This document shows, one piece after another, positions 42,960 through 52,319 of a stretch of 64,000 nucleotides of DNA. The stretch covers positions 9,389-73,388 of the forward strand of contig CACEDX010000006.1 in assembly GCA_902558445.1 (NCBI GenBank), given 5' to 3'. Origin of the DNA: an uncultured Pelagibacteraceae bacterium. GTDB taxonomy: Bacteria; Pseudomonadota; Alphaproteobacteria; Pelagibacterales; Pelagibacteraceae. A program made the translations under genes and the position numbers. The notes beneath the pieces were generated by a model that saw nothing but the letters and a program-made list of their open reading frames with translations, searched no databases and had not been told where the DNA came from. Within the stretch, counting starts at the first letter, position 1. Each line of letters opens with the position of its first letter.

Positions 42960-44195
42960 ATGAAATTTTTACTAATTGCGAACAATGATAGTGATGGCGT
43001 TGGTCAAGTTGCTGTAAATCTTGGTAAAGAATTAAATCTTTTAGGACATGATGCAAAAACAGTTGTTTTAAATAAAAAATATAAGAATAAAAAAGTCTTT
43101 AAATTAAGAAGATCATTTATAAAAAGAGTTTTTGCCCAATTAATTAACTTAGTTAAAGTTGATTTAAATGAATTATTTGGTTTCGGTATTGGGACTGTTG
43201 ATAAAAAAGACTTGTCTAAATACATAGAAAATTCTGATGTCATAATCATTTATACATTTTATAAGATATTCTCACTTGATCAATTAAATGAAATATTGCG
43301 TCTTAATAAAAAAATTTTTCTAAGACCCCTTGATATTGAAATGGCTAGTGGAGGATGTCATTTTAATATGAATTGTTCTAAGTACACAAAAGATTGTGAC
43401 AATTGTCATAAGATAAAATTACCTTTTAAATTTATTCCTAAGCACAATTTATTAAAAAAAAAACAAATCATTAACAAATATAAACCAAAACTTTTAGTTC
43501 AGAATAATTATGTCAAAAAACTTTTTGATAAATCTTCAATATTTAAGAATATTGAAAAAAACGTTTTATATATTGGTGCAAACAAAAGGCGTTCAAATAT
43601 AATAGGAAAATTTTCAGCAAGAAAAAAATTAAATCTAAATAATGATGAAAAAATTATATTATTTGCAACTTTTGATTTGTCTTCATATGTTAAAGGTGGT
43701 CATTTGCTTACGAAAGCATTAAAGATTTTAGATAGAGATAAATTCTCAAAAAAAAATAAAATCACTTTACTGACACTTGGAAAGAAAAATAGTTTTTCAA
43801 TGAATACAAGCAATATTAAATGGAGACATTATGAACCTACTTCTTCCAGTTTAAAATTAAATCAACTTTTTAGGTCATCAGATTTAATGGTTTGCCCATC
43901 ATTATTTTGTTTTGGCCCACATATTGTTGAGGAGGCATTATTGAATAAAATTCCAGTAGTAGCTTTTAATGGCGGTTCATCACAAGATTTAATAAAAAAT
44001 GGAAAGAATGGTTATTTAGTTGAAAAATATAATATCAATCAATTTGCTAATAGTATAAAAAAAATTTTAGAAAAAAAATTTTATTTTGATGATTCAACAC
44101 ACAAAACAGTTAATACTAATTGCAATCCTATCCAGGAAGCTAAAAAACTAATTGAATTTTGTTCTGAGGAAAAGAATATTACAAAAAACTTATGA
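42960..44195 (+). CDS. GT4 glycosyltransferase with Cys cluster (WcaC-like)
   Basis: GGCH..C..C..C motif, KGG, VCPS, EEALL..PVVAF, NGYLV. Confidence 0.85.
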   Translation: MKFLLIANNDSDGVGQVAVNLGKELNLLGHDAKTVVLNKKYKNKKVFKLRRSFIKRVFAQLINLVKVDLNELFGFGIGTVDKKDLSKYIENSDVIIIYTFYKIFSLDQLNEILRLNKKIFLRPLDIEMASGGCHFNMNCSKYTKDCDNCHKIKLPFKFIPKHNLLKKKQIINKYKPKLLVQNNYVKKLFDKSSIFKNIEKNVLYIGANKRRSNIIGKFSARKKLNLNNDEKIILFATFDLSSYVKGGHLLTKALKILDRDKFSKKNKITLLTLGKKNSFSMNTSNIKWRHYEPTSSSLKLNQLFRSSDLMVCPSLFCFGPHIVEEALLNKIPVVAFNGGSSQDLIKNGKNGYLVEKYNINQFANSIKKILEKKFYFDDSTHKTVNTNCNPIQEAKKLIEFCSEEKNITKNL

Positions 44196-45274
44196 AAATT
44201 TTGAGACATTATAAAAATAAAAAAATAATAATTACAGGACATACTGGTTTTAAGGGATCTTGGCTAAGCTTATGGTTGAATTATCTTGGTGCAAAAGTTT
44301 ATGGTATCTCTGATAGAGTTTTGACCACTCCATCAAATTATAAAATAAATAAAAAAAATATTTTTAAAGAAAGTTATTTTTTTAACCTTGAAAATCAAAA
44401 TAAGTTAAGAACTATTATAAAAAAAATTAAACCTGATTTTATTTTTCATCTAGCTGCACAAGCTCTTGTAAAAAAGTCATATGATGATCCACATTCAACA
44501 TTTACCTCAAATTCTATCGGAACACTAAATCTTCTAAATAGCCTCAAAAATATTGAATTTAAAAAAAAATGTTCTTTGGTCCTTATAACTAGTGATAAGT
44601 CTTATAAAAATAGAGAAATCAAAAGAGGATATGTGGAAGAAGATTTACTAGGGGGTTATGATCCATATAGCGCATCTAAAGCATGTGCAGAATTAATTAT
44701 AAAATCATATATAGAATCATTTTTCAAAAATGATAATTATCTAAGAATTGGTATAGCTAGAGCAGGTAATGTAATTGGTGGAGGTGATTGGTCAGAAAAT
44801 AGATTGATACCAGATCTTTTTAAAGCATATAAAAAAAACAATCCATTAATTATTAGAAATCCAAATTCTACAAGGCCATGGCAACACGTCTTGGAAGCTT
44901 TATATGGTTATATGGTATTAGGTCAAAAATTATATACCAATAAAAAAATACATGGTCATGCATTCAACTTTGGCCCAAAAAATAAATCATCTATAAGTGT
45001 TATTAAATTGATTAAAATGTTTAATAAAGAGTTAAAAAATATTAAATGGAAAATAGTTAAATCAAAAAATAGATTCGAATCTAAATTGTTAATGTTAAAT
45101 AGTAAAAAAGCTTTAAAGTATTTAAATTGGTATTGTGTATTACAAACTGACGAAACTTTAAAATTTGTAATTAAATGGTACAAAAATTTTTACAGTAAAA
45201 ATAGAATTAAAGTTACTCAATTTTCAATTCAACAAATAGAGGAATATTCAAAAATTATTAAGAGAAGATATTAA
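44192..45274 (+). CDS. rfbG: CDP-glucose 4,6-dehydratase
   Basis: TGHTGFKGSWL, HLAAQALV, TSDKSY, DPYSASK, RAGNVIGGGDW, RPWQHVLE. Confidence 0.95.
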   Translation: MKILRHYKNKKIIITGHTGFKGSWLSLWLNYLGAKVYGISDRVLTTPSNYKINKKNIFKESYFFNLENQNKLRTIIKKIKPDFIFHLAAQALVKKSYDDPHSTFTSNSIGTLNLLNSLKNIEFKKKCSLVLITSDKSYKNREIKRGYVEEDLLGGYDPYSASKACAELIIKSYIESFFKNDNYLRIGIARAGNVIGGGDWSENRLIPDLFKAYKKNNPLIIRNPNSTRPWQHVLEALYGYMVLGQKLYTNKKIHGHAFNFGPKNKSSISVIKLIKMFNKELKNIKWKIVKSKNRFESKLLMLNSKKALKYLNWYCVLQTDETLKFVIKWYKNFYSKNRIKVTQFSIQQIEEYSKIIKRRY

Positions 45275-45301
45275 TAATCAGTTTAAATATTTTTCATTGT
45301 T

Positions 45302-47317
45302 TTAATTGATATTTAGTATTTTGAGAATTTCAGTATTCCTCATTAATTTATTTCTCAATAAAGGATTAGCCTCAAAAGTTGTGTGACCAGAATTATCAGT
45401 GTGAATTTTTATATTATTATCTAAAACTTTACATCTTTGATCATCAATATCACAAAAAACATTTATATCGTTTAAAAATATTGCTTGGTTTTTATTAGAT
45501 ATTTTTTCTATTCTGTTATTAAAATCATTTAACTTATCCCAGTTTATTGAATTAAAATATTTTTTTTCCATTTTTATTAATTCATCACCCTCTGGTAATT
45601 TTCCCTCAGATAGATAGTATTTGTCTAAAATGGTATTTTTTTGAAATAAGCTATTAATAAGAATAAAATTGTCGTATTGTACTTTAGGTGTAAATTTTTC
45701 ATAAATATCAGTTACATTAAACGATGGGGTAAGCGAAACAACAACTATCTTTTTTTGTTTTTTTCTAAAAAATTGGATTACATCTTTTAAATTTTTTATA
45801 TCACTCTCACTCCACTTTGTTTTTAGAAAAATTATGTCAATTTTATCTAAAAGTTTCATCTTTTTAATAAATTCTTTTTCTTTTTTAAATTCAAGTTTTC
45901 TAAAACAATTAGATTTATTTTTTTCACGAATAAAATTTTTGATACAATCAATTTGTATTAATGAGTACAAAATATTATAGTTTTTAGAAATACGAGTTGA
46001 AGTAGAGAGTAATTCAAAGAATTCGCCACCATGTGAATTACCTAATACTAAAATAGTTTTTTTATTAGGTGCTATGTTTGTTTTGTAGTCGAAAGGCCTA
46101 ACCCTATTTTTATCATAATTGATGATAAAATCTTTTTTCTTATCGGATATATTTATTCTTTCAAAAAAACCATTGCTTTTAATAATAAATATACTTAAAA
46201 AAATTAGTAAAAAAGTACTACTTAGATAAATTATATAAAAAGTTTTTGGTTTAATAATTACCTTATTTCTAAAGATATTTTCTACGCAAAAATATGAAAT
46301 AGTCGAAACTAGGAATAGTGGTATCAATAATAAAAATTTATTTAAACTTGAGAGGTACAAATCAAAACCTGTGATATAAAAAAAAGATACAATTGGATAA
46401 TGCCAAATATACAATGAGTAGGAAATAGCCCCTACGAAAATCAAAATTTTTGTATTTAAAACTTTTGAAAATGCACATTCTTCATTACCCATAAGTATAA
46501 TAAATGAAGCACCAAACATAACTACTAAAAAGAATATTTTTTTAAAAAAAAAATATTGATAACTTAAAGTAAAAACTAAAACTGAGATTAAAGAAATAAA
46601 AAGTAATAAATTAATTGTTTTATTAGAAAAGTATTTTTTAACAAAACCTCTTAGAATTAACTGATTATATCTAATTAACACTCCTAACAAAAATTCCCAA
46701 TACCTTGATCCTGAAAAATAGAAATTAAAATTTGTTTGATTTTTTAAAACAAACAAATTGAGAATAATTGAGAGAGAAAATATAATAATAAAAAAAAGAT
46801 TAAAATGTTTTATAATCTGATTTTTAAAAATAAAAATGGCAATAGAGGTAAAAATATAAAACTGCCACTCAACTGATAATGACCAGGTATGTAATAATGG
46901 TCTCTCTATGCCGGTAATGGCTCCATATTTTTCTAAAGTTTCCCAAAAATAAAAATTTGTTGCAAAGAAAGTATTAAAAATTACATCATAACCTAGTTGT
47001 ATAAATCTTTTTGGTAATAAAAAAAAATATCCCACTATCATTATGGTTATTAGTAAAAAATAAAGTGCTGGTATTAATCTTCTTAATCGTTTTTCAATAA
47101 ACGATAAAATTTTGAAATTATTATTTTTTTCTAATTCATTTAATACTAAATTTGAAATCACGTAACCAGAAATTACAAAAAAGATATCTACACCTATAAA
47201 ACCTCCAGAGAAAATTGGATTATTTTGATAGATAAAATGAAAGTGGTAACAAATTACCAATATTACTGAAACAGCTCTTAAACTTTGTATATCAAATCTA
47301 AATGAGGTTTTATCCAT
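45302..47317 (-). CDS. acyltransferase-3 plus SGNH domain O-acyltransferase (OafA/OatA-like)
   Basis: RFDIQSLRAVSV, GGFIGVDIFFVISGY, HTWSLSVEWQFY, ISYSLYIWHYP; SGNH block GNSH and DxxH (DNSGH). Confidence 0.92.
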   Translation of the reverse strand: MDKTSFRFDIQSLRAVSVILVICYHFHFIYQNNPIFSGGFIGVDIFFVISGYVISNLVLNELEKNNNFKILSFIEKRLRRLIPALYFLLITIMIVGYFFLLPKRFIQLGYDVIFNTFFATNFYFWETLEKYGAITGIERPLLHTWSLSVEWQFYIFTSIAIFIFKNQIIKHFNLFFIIIFSLSIILNLFVLKNQTNFNFYFSGSRYWEFLLGVLIRYNQLILRGFVKKYFSNKTINLLLFISLISVLVFTLSYQYFFFKKIFFLVVMFGASFIILMGNEECAFSKVLNTKILIFVGAISYSLYIWHYPIVSFFYITGFDLYLSSLNKFLLLIPLFLVSTISYFCVENIFRNKVIIKPKTFYIIYLSSTFLLIFLSIFIIKSNGFFERINISDKKKDFIINYDKNRVRPFDYKTNIAPNKKTILVLGNSHGGEFFELLSTSTRISKNYNILYSLIQIDCIKNFIREKNKSNCFRKLEFKKEKEFIKKMKLLDKIDIIFLKTKWSESDIKNLKDVIQFFRKKQKKIVVVSLTPSFNVTDIYEKFTPKVQYDNFILINSLFQKNTILDKYYLSEGKLPEGDELIKMEKKYFNSINWDKLNDFNNRIEKISNKNQAIFLNDINVFCDIDDQRCKVLDNNIKIHTDNSGHTTFEANPLLRNKLMRNTEILKILNIN

Positions 47318-47491
47318 AAAAAAACTTAATTTATTATAATTATTTTTAATTTATAATTAAATTATTCATTAAAATTTACCATAGTTAATCATTGTATTAT
47401 ACAATTTAAGTTTGTAGTGAAGTATTTAAATTTTATTTACTAAATGAAAAATTAAATGATCAAATAAGAAGTAAAAATCTTAATGATTAAT

Positions 47492-48199
47492 TTATATCAT
47501 AAATAAAATTGTTTTAACAAATGGATTTACTAATCTATTTTTTAAGGATAATTTTTTTAATTGCGAATAACTTGCCCACATATAGTTTTTTCCTTTTATT
47601 CTTGTATCGAAAGGATCTTTCAATTTTACAATTACGTTCCAATTACTTTTCTTCCAAAACCTTGCACCTTCTTCGTTATGAATTGTAAAATAAATTAACC
47701 TTACTCCTTTTTGCTTTATCACTAAATCATAAAATTTTGGCAAATTTCCTCCATGAGCCCTATTCATGTTAGATTGTGTTGCTTGAAAAGAAGGGGAAAT
47801 TTTCAATTTTGAATTATCTCCAGGTTCGATTTTTGCCTCAATCAAAAATTCAGTTCCATGTTGTAATGTTTGCCTACAAATAAAAGCTAACACACCTCCA
47901 TGTTTTTGCGTTAAAATTGGCTGTGTCCATGAATTAACTTCCCTATGTTGAGCTCCAGTAGTTTTTACACCTTTCACTTTAAAAAATTGTCCACTTTTAT
48001 GAGAAAGATTGCTGTTTTTGTCAAAATTCCATCCTTCGCATTCGTTAAGATTAATAATTTTAGAAGTTGATTTTACTTTTTTCTGCCTTCTTTTGATCCA
48101 TTCTAAAATAGGTTTAATATCTTGACTTTCAGACTCTTTAAGATGTTGTATTTTTTCTCTGAATTTTTTTAAGATCCTAATATTTCTTTTAAATTTCAT
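47492..48199 (-). CDS. NDP-hexose 2,3-dehydratase family protein, single-domain (235 aa)
   Basis: LSHKSGQFFKVKG, WTQPIL, EAKIEPG, SPSFQATQSN, EEGARFW motifs, as in EvaA/TylX3/OleV. Confidence 0.85.
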   Translation of the reverse strand: MKFKRNIRILKKFREKIQHLKESESQDIKPILEWIKRRQKKVKSTSKIINLNECEGWNFDKNSNLSHKSGQFFKVKGVKTTGAQHREVNSWTQPILTQKHGGVLAFICRQTLQHGTEFLIEAKIEPGDNSKLKISPSFQATQSNMNRAHGGNLPKFYDLVIKQKGVRLIYFTIHNEEGARFWKKSNWNVIVKLKDPFDTRIKGKNYMWASYSQLKKLSLKNRLVNPFVKTILFMI

Positions 48200-48200
48200 T

Positions 48201-49304
48201 TTAATATTTTTTTAATACTTTTATAACTTTTTCTACATGCTCATGCGATAATTCAGGATACATTGGTAAAGAAAAGATTTGCTTTGATATTTTATCAGTG
48301 TTTTTTAGTATAATTTTATTTTTATTAAAGTTTTTATAACCTTTCATTGAATGAATTGGAAATGGATAAGATATATTACAGAAGATATTATTTTTTTTCA
48401 AAAAATTCATTAATTCATCTCTTTTTTGGTGCCGCACAACATAAATATAATAAGCATGAAAATTATCTTTATTTTCTGTTGGTAAAACTAAATCTGTTTT
48501 ATCAAGATTCTCGCTATAAATTTTTGCTATGGATCTTCGTTTTTTTATATTTGAATTTAATCTTTTTAATTTAAAATTTAAAATTGCTGCATGTATTTCA
48601 TCTAATCTAGAATTCACACCATGAAAATCTGAATAATATAATTTTTCCATTCCATATTTTCTTAATTTTTTACACTTCAAATAAAGCTCTTTATTATTTG
48701 TTACAATCATTCCACCGTCTCCATAACCACCTAAATTTTTTGTAGGATAAAATGAAAAAGCCGCTAGATCTCCAAAAGACCCGCTTGGTTTTCCTTTATA
48801 TAATGCCCCAGAAGATTGAGCACAATCCTCAATGACTTTTAATCTGTACTTTTTTGCAATTTTATTAATTGCAAAATAATTTGCAGATTGACCATATAAA
48901 TTGACTGGAATTATTGCTTTAGTTTTTTTTGAAATTTTTTTTTCTATTAGAGAACAATCAATAAGATAATCATTTTTATTTATATCTACATAAATAGGTT
49001 TTGCTCCACAAGATACTATTGCACAGACAGTTGGAACAGCTGTATTAGAGACTGTGATCACTTCATCATTTTGTTTAATACCTATAGCCATTAAGGCAAT
49101 TTGAAGTGCATCGGTCCCACTATTTACTCCAACAGCAAACTTAGTATTCGTATATTTGGCAAAGTTATTTTCAAAATTTTCAACTTCCTTTGATAAAATC
49201 AACTGACCTGACCGAAATACTTTGTCAACTATTTTAAGGATACTATTTTTATTTTGCTTGTACTCTTCGAGATAATTCCATACAAATATTTTAGATGATT
49301 TCAT
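48201..49304 (-). CDS. DegT/DnrJ PLP aminotransferase, EvaB/DnrJ-like NDP-sugar 3-aminotransferase
   Basis: VWNYLEEY..SGQLIL, NTAVPT, EDCAQS, SFYPTKNLGGYGDGG, YGMEKLYY, NSRLDE. Confidence 0.88.
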   Translation of the reverse strand: MKSSKIFVWNYLEEYKQNKNSILKIVDKVFRSGQLILSKEVENFENNFAKYTNTKFAVGVNSGTDALQIALMAIGIKQNDEVITVSNTAVPTVCAIVSCGAKPIYVDINKNDYLIDCSLIEKKISKKTKAIIPVNLYGQSANYFAINKIAKKYRLKVIEDCAQSSGALYKGKPSGSFGDLAAFSFYPTKNLGGYGDGGMIVTNNKELYLKCKKLRKYGMEKLYYSDFHGVNSRLDEIHAAILNFKLKRLNSNIKKRRSIAKIYSENLDKTDLVLPTENKDNFHAYYIYVVRHQKRDELMNFLKKNNIFCNISYPFPIHSMKGYKNFNKNKIILKNTDKISKQIFSLPMYPELSHEHVEKVIKVLKKY

Positions 49305-50208
49305 TTTTAATTTTTGCTGTTTGATCTAATTGATTGAGAAAAAAATCAAACTTTTTTTTTTTTATTATTTTAAATATCATATCAAAATAAGTATAAAAGG
49401 TATTTTGAGTTTTAAACAATATTTTTTTATTTTTATTAGTCTTTTTATTGAACTCTAACAGAATCAAGTCTCGATCTATTGGTGGTGAGAAAACATATTC
49501 AATTTGAAACTCCTTTTTATCTGAGTTAATTTTCATAAGATTTTTATAAGATTTATTGAAACTAAATGAACATTTTAAATTAACTTTAGAGGTCTTAGCT
49601 TCAAAAGAAAAACTATTCGAATTTCCTTGATAAAAAGAATGTTTTTTTTTTTTTATTATAGGTTTTTGATTTTTGAAAAAAAATTTGATCAAATATGCAG
49701 CGTAAGGAGACATATCTTGATAACAGCCACCACCTAGCTTGGAACTATTTCTAAAATTTGATTTGTCTAGTTTTGGTATATGAAAGGAGGTTGAAATTGA
49801 TGTAAATTTTTTTAAATCAATTTTGTTGACTAATGCTTTAAATTGTTTGTGATATTGGAAAACAATTGCTTCCGAAATAAATAGTTTATGTTTTTTTGCA
49901 AGCAATGTTAAATTTAATAATTCCCTTGAATTTATTGTAATTGGTTTATCTACGATTACATGTTTTTTTTGTTCTAAACATTTCTTAGCCCAAAAATAAT
50001 GTTTTGAATTAATTAAGCTAATATAAACTATCTTTGCTTTAGTTTTTTGAATTGCGGCTTGATATGTATTGTATGTTTTTGCATATAATCCATTTTTTTT
50101 TATTTGCCTTTTACTTGCTACTTCAATGCTTACATTTTTAAATTTAATTAAAGCTGGTAAAACTTTTCTATTAAAAATACTCGAATTACCTAATACTAAA
50201 ATTTTCAT
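49291..50208 (-). CDS. Gfo/Idh/MocA oxidoreductase, possible NDP-hexose 3-ketoreductase
   Basis: LGNSSIF.RK.LPA, VYISLINS.H, DKP (variant of EKP), LGGGCYQD..PY, VFSPP. Confidence 0.78.
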   Translation of the reverse strand: MKILVLGNSSIFNRKVLPALIKFKNVSIEVASKRQIKKNGLYAKTYNTYQAAIQKTKAKIVYISLINSKHYFWAKKCLEQKKHVIVDKPITINSRELLNLTLLAKKHKLFISEAIVFQYHKQFKALVNKIDLKKFTSISTSFHIPKLDKSNFRNSSKLGGGCYQDMSPYAAYLIKFFFKNQKPIIKKKKHSFYQGNSNSFSFEAKTSKVNLKCSFSFNKSYKNLMKINSDKKEFQIEYVFSPPIDRDLILLEFNKKTNKNKKILFKTQNTFYTYFDMIFKIIKKKKFDFFLNQLDQTAKIKNEII

Positions 50209-50330
50209 AATTAAATTTTGATAAATGAATTTTTCTTAATAATTTTAATAATAATTATATCTTTTTAAGTTTAAATTAAATTTTTTTTTCGTATTTTTTT
50301 TTCTATTTCTAATTTAAAATAAAATTATTC

Positions 50331-51080
50331 TTATTTCTTTATAAACCATCTTTCAAATTCACCATGTCTAACTGATTGTTTTTTTGGTTTCACATTGAAT
50401 TTTTTGCAAAATTCATCGATTGCAATTTTTGCTCCAGGATATTTAAATGAAAAATATTCATCAAGGTGAATATAGCCTCCTTTTGTCAAATTTTTGAAAA
50501 CATAGGGTAACGTGATCTTATAACTCTCATATAAATCACAATCTAAATTACAAGATGAAATAAAGATTTTTTTTGAATTAAAGAAATTTGGTACAGTTTT
50601 TTCAAAAGATCCTTTTATCAACTCAACATTTTTTAATTTAAAATAGTCAATTTTTTTTTTTATTGACTCATATGATGTTTGATTAAATTTTCCTGAAGAA
50701 GCAATTGTTTTTGCAGTAATTTTTTTTATATTACTGCTTAATTTTTTTACATTTAAAAACTTTTCATACTTTTTTATAAAAGCATCTGAAAAATATTTAG
50801 AATTATAGAAGTTGTTTAAATTATCAAACTTAGAATATCGAGGAAATCCTTTAAAACTGTCAAAACCAAATATTTTTTTTTTGGATTTCATCTTCTTCAA
50901 AATTAAAGCGGCTGCAATTAATGAGTTACCTCTATAAACTCCAAATTCAAAGATGTCTCCGTCTTTTTTTAAGGCATTTTTTTTAATATGTTTATACCAA
51001 AATCTTAATCTGGACCTAGTAATATTTTGAACTTCATTAACACCAAGTAAATTGAATTCATAATCATGATACTTTTTCAT
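50331..51080 (-). CDS. TylF/MycF/NovP family SAM-dependent methyltransferase
   Basis: GDIFEFGVYRGNS, FDSFKGFP, KGSFEKT, LDCDLYES, GGYIHLDEY, PGAKIAIDEF. Confidence 0.87.
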   Translation of the reverse strand: MKKYHDYEFNLLGVNEVQNITRSRLRFWYKHIKKNALKKDGDIFEFGVYRGNSLIAAALILKKMKSKKKIFGFDSFKGFPRYSKFDNLNNFYNSKYFSDAFIKKYEKFLNVKKLSSNIKKITAKTIASSGKFNQTSYESIKKKIDYFKLKNVELIKGSFEKTVPNFFNSKKIFISSCNLDCDLYESYKITLPYVFKNLTKGGYIHLDEYFSFKYPGAKIAIDEFCKKFNVKPKKQSVRHGEFERWFIKK

Positions 51081-51099
51081 TTTTTAAATCTAAATTTAT

Positions 51100-52317
51100 T
51101 TAATCGTCTGTTCCATTTTTATTCGCTGTATGCCTTAGATAATATTTGCCTTTTTTGTTTTTCCATAAATGAGGTGACCTAAATTTATCACACAGTTTGT
51201 GAAAAAAATTCTCATTTATTCCTAAATATTTCATAATTTCACTAAAATAATAATCAGGGAATTCACCATCATATTTTTTTATTAATTTTTTGCCTTCATC
51301 AATTGTTAAGTGGTCATTTCTAAGTTCTTGAGATACATCATATGTTGCTCTCCCAATACCAAATTTTATATATGTCGTGTAATAATGCAAATCGTCTATT
51401 TTATCATCAATACTATTATATTTTGAGTAAGTTCCTTGAGTTCTAAAAGGTCTAGGTCTAAAATTACAATTTTCTACTGAGTAATAAAAAGTTTCTTGTG
51501 GTATCCAACGCAAATAATATCCAAGATAATGAACTTGTAATGGGAATTTTCTTAGTTTGTTTTCTTGCAGTGGTAAAATTGGTTCAAAATCTTTAATTTT
51601 AAAATTATAATCTCTGATTATTTCACTTATTTTTAAGCCTCCCAACCTGATTTCAGAAAGGTTTTTAAATATATAATAAGATTTATCTCTAATGGATTTC
51701 GAATTATCAGCTATAGGATTATGGTGCTCTGCCTCATTCTCCCCATAAAAGATCAAAGGTATTTTTAATTTTTCAGCAACTTTTATTGGAAAGTTTTTTT
51801 GTCCAAGCATAAAAGTTTGAAAAGGATGAAGTAAATTTTTAATTGCTAGTTTTGTCAATAACCTAAACAACCCCTCATCCCTTTTGGCAGAAATATTATC
51901 AAACGGACCAGACTTTAACCAATTATTAAAGTTTTGGTAACCATAATCAGTATAGAGTATTGGTGGCCAAGTCACAGTCAGGGGTTTCATTCCGTATTTT
52001 TCTTTTAAAATGTGAGCAGCAAAACAACTATCTTTTCCACCACTTCCTGGAACTACACAATCAAATTCACCCTTTCCTCTATATTTATCTAAAAGTTTTA
52101 AAAGTTTTTTTTCTCTTTCAACAAAATTTATTTTCTTTTTTATTCTAGAAAATTTCCAAGGATCTGAGACACCATTTTTATCAATAAATGTGGTTTTTTT
52201 TTTTGATTTTATTGTGTGTTTAAATTCTACAGCTGAATTTGGTAATTGATTAGAAATTAAAGTCTTTTTACAAAAAAGAACTTTGCTTGGTAAACCGTAG
52301 TAAGCTCTATGTTTCAT
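51100..52317 (-). CDS. N-acetyl sugar amidotransferase (WbuX/PseA/PtmG-like)
   Basis: PP-loop DCVVPGSGGKDS, HPFQTF, YGENEAE, IDDKIDDLHYY..IKFGIGR; clustered with hisH/hisF paralogs. Confidence 0.9.
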   Translation of the reverse strand: MKHRAYYGLPSKVLFCKKTLISNQLPNSAVEFKHTIKSKKKTTFIDKNGVSDPWKFSRIKKKINFVEREKKLLKLLDKYRGKGEFDCVVPGSGGKDSCFAAHILKEKYGMKPLTVTWPPILYTDYGYQNFNNWLKSGPFDNISAKRDEGLFRLLTKLAIKNLLHPFQTFMLGQKNFPIKVAEKLKIPLIFYGENEAEHHNPIADNSKSIRDKSYYIFKNLSEIRLGGLKISEIIRDYNFKIKDFEPILPLQENKLRKFPLQVHYLGYYLRWIPQETFYYSVENCNFRPRPFRTQGTYSKYNSIDDKIDDLHYYTTYIKFGIGRATYDVSQELRNDHLTIDEGKKLIKKYDGEFPDYYFSEIMKYLGINENFFHKLCDKFRSPHLWKNKKGKYYLRHTANKNGTDD

Positions 52318-52319
52318 CT

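Noticed and set aside
47391-47405. Palindrome ATTGTA-TTA-TACAAT upstream of the acyltransferase
   Set aside because: Short and AT-rich, so likely by chance here; no regulator gene or second copy seen.
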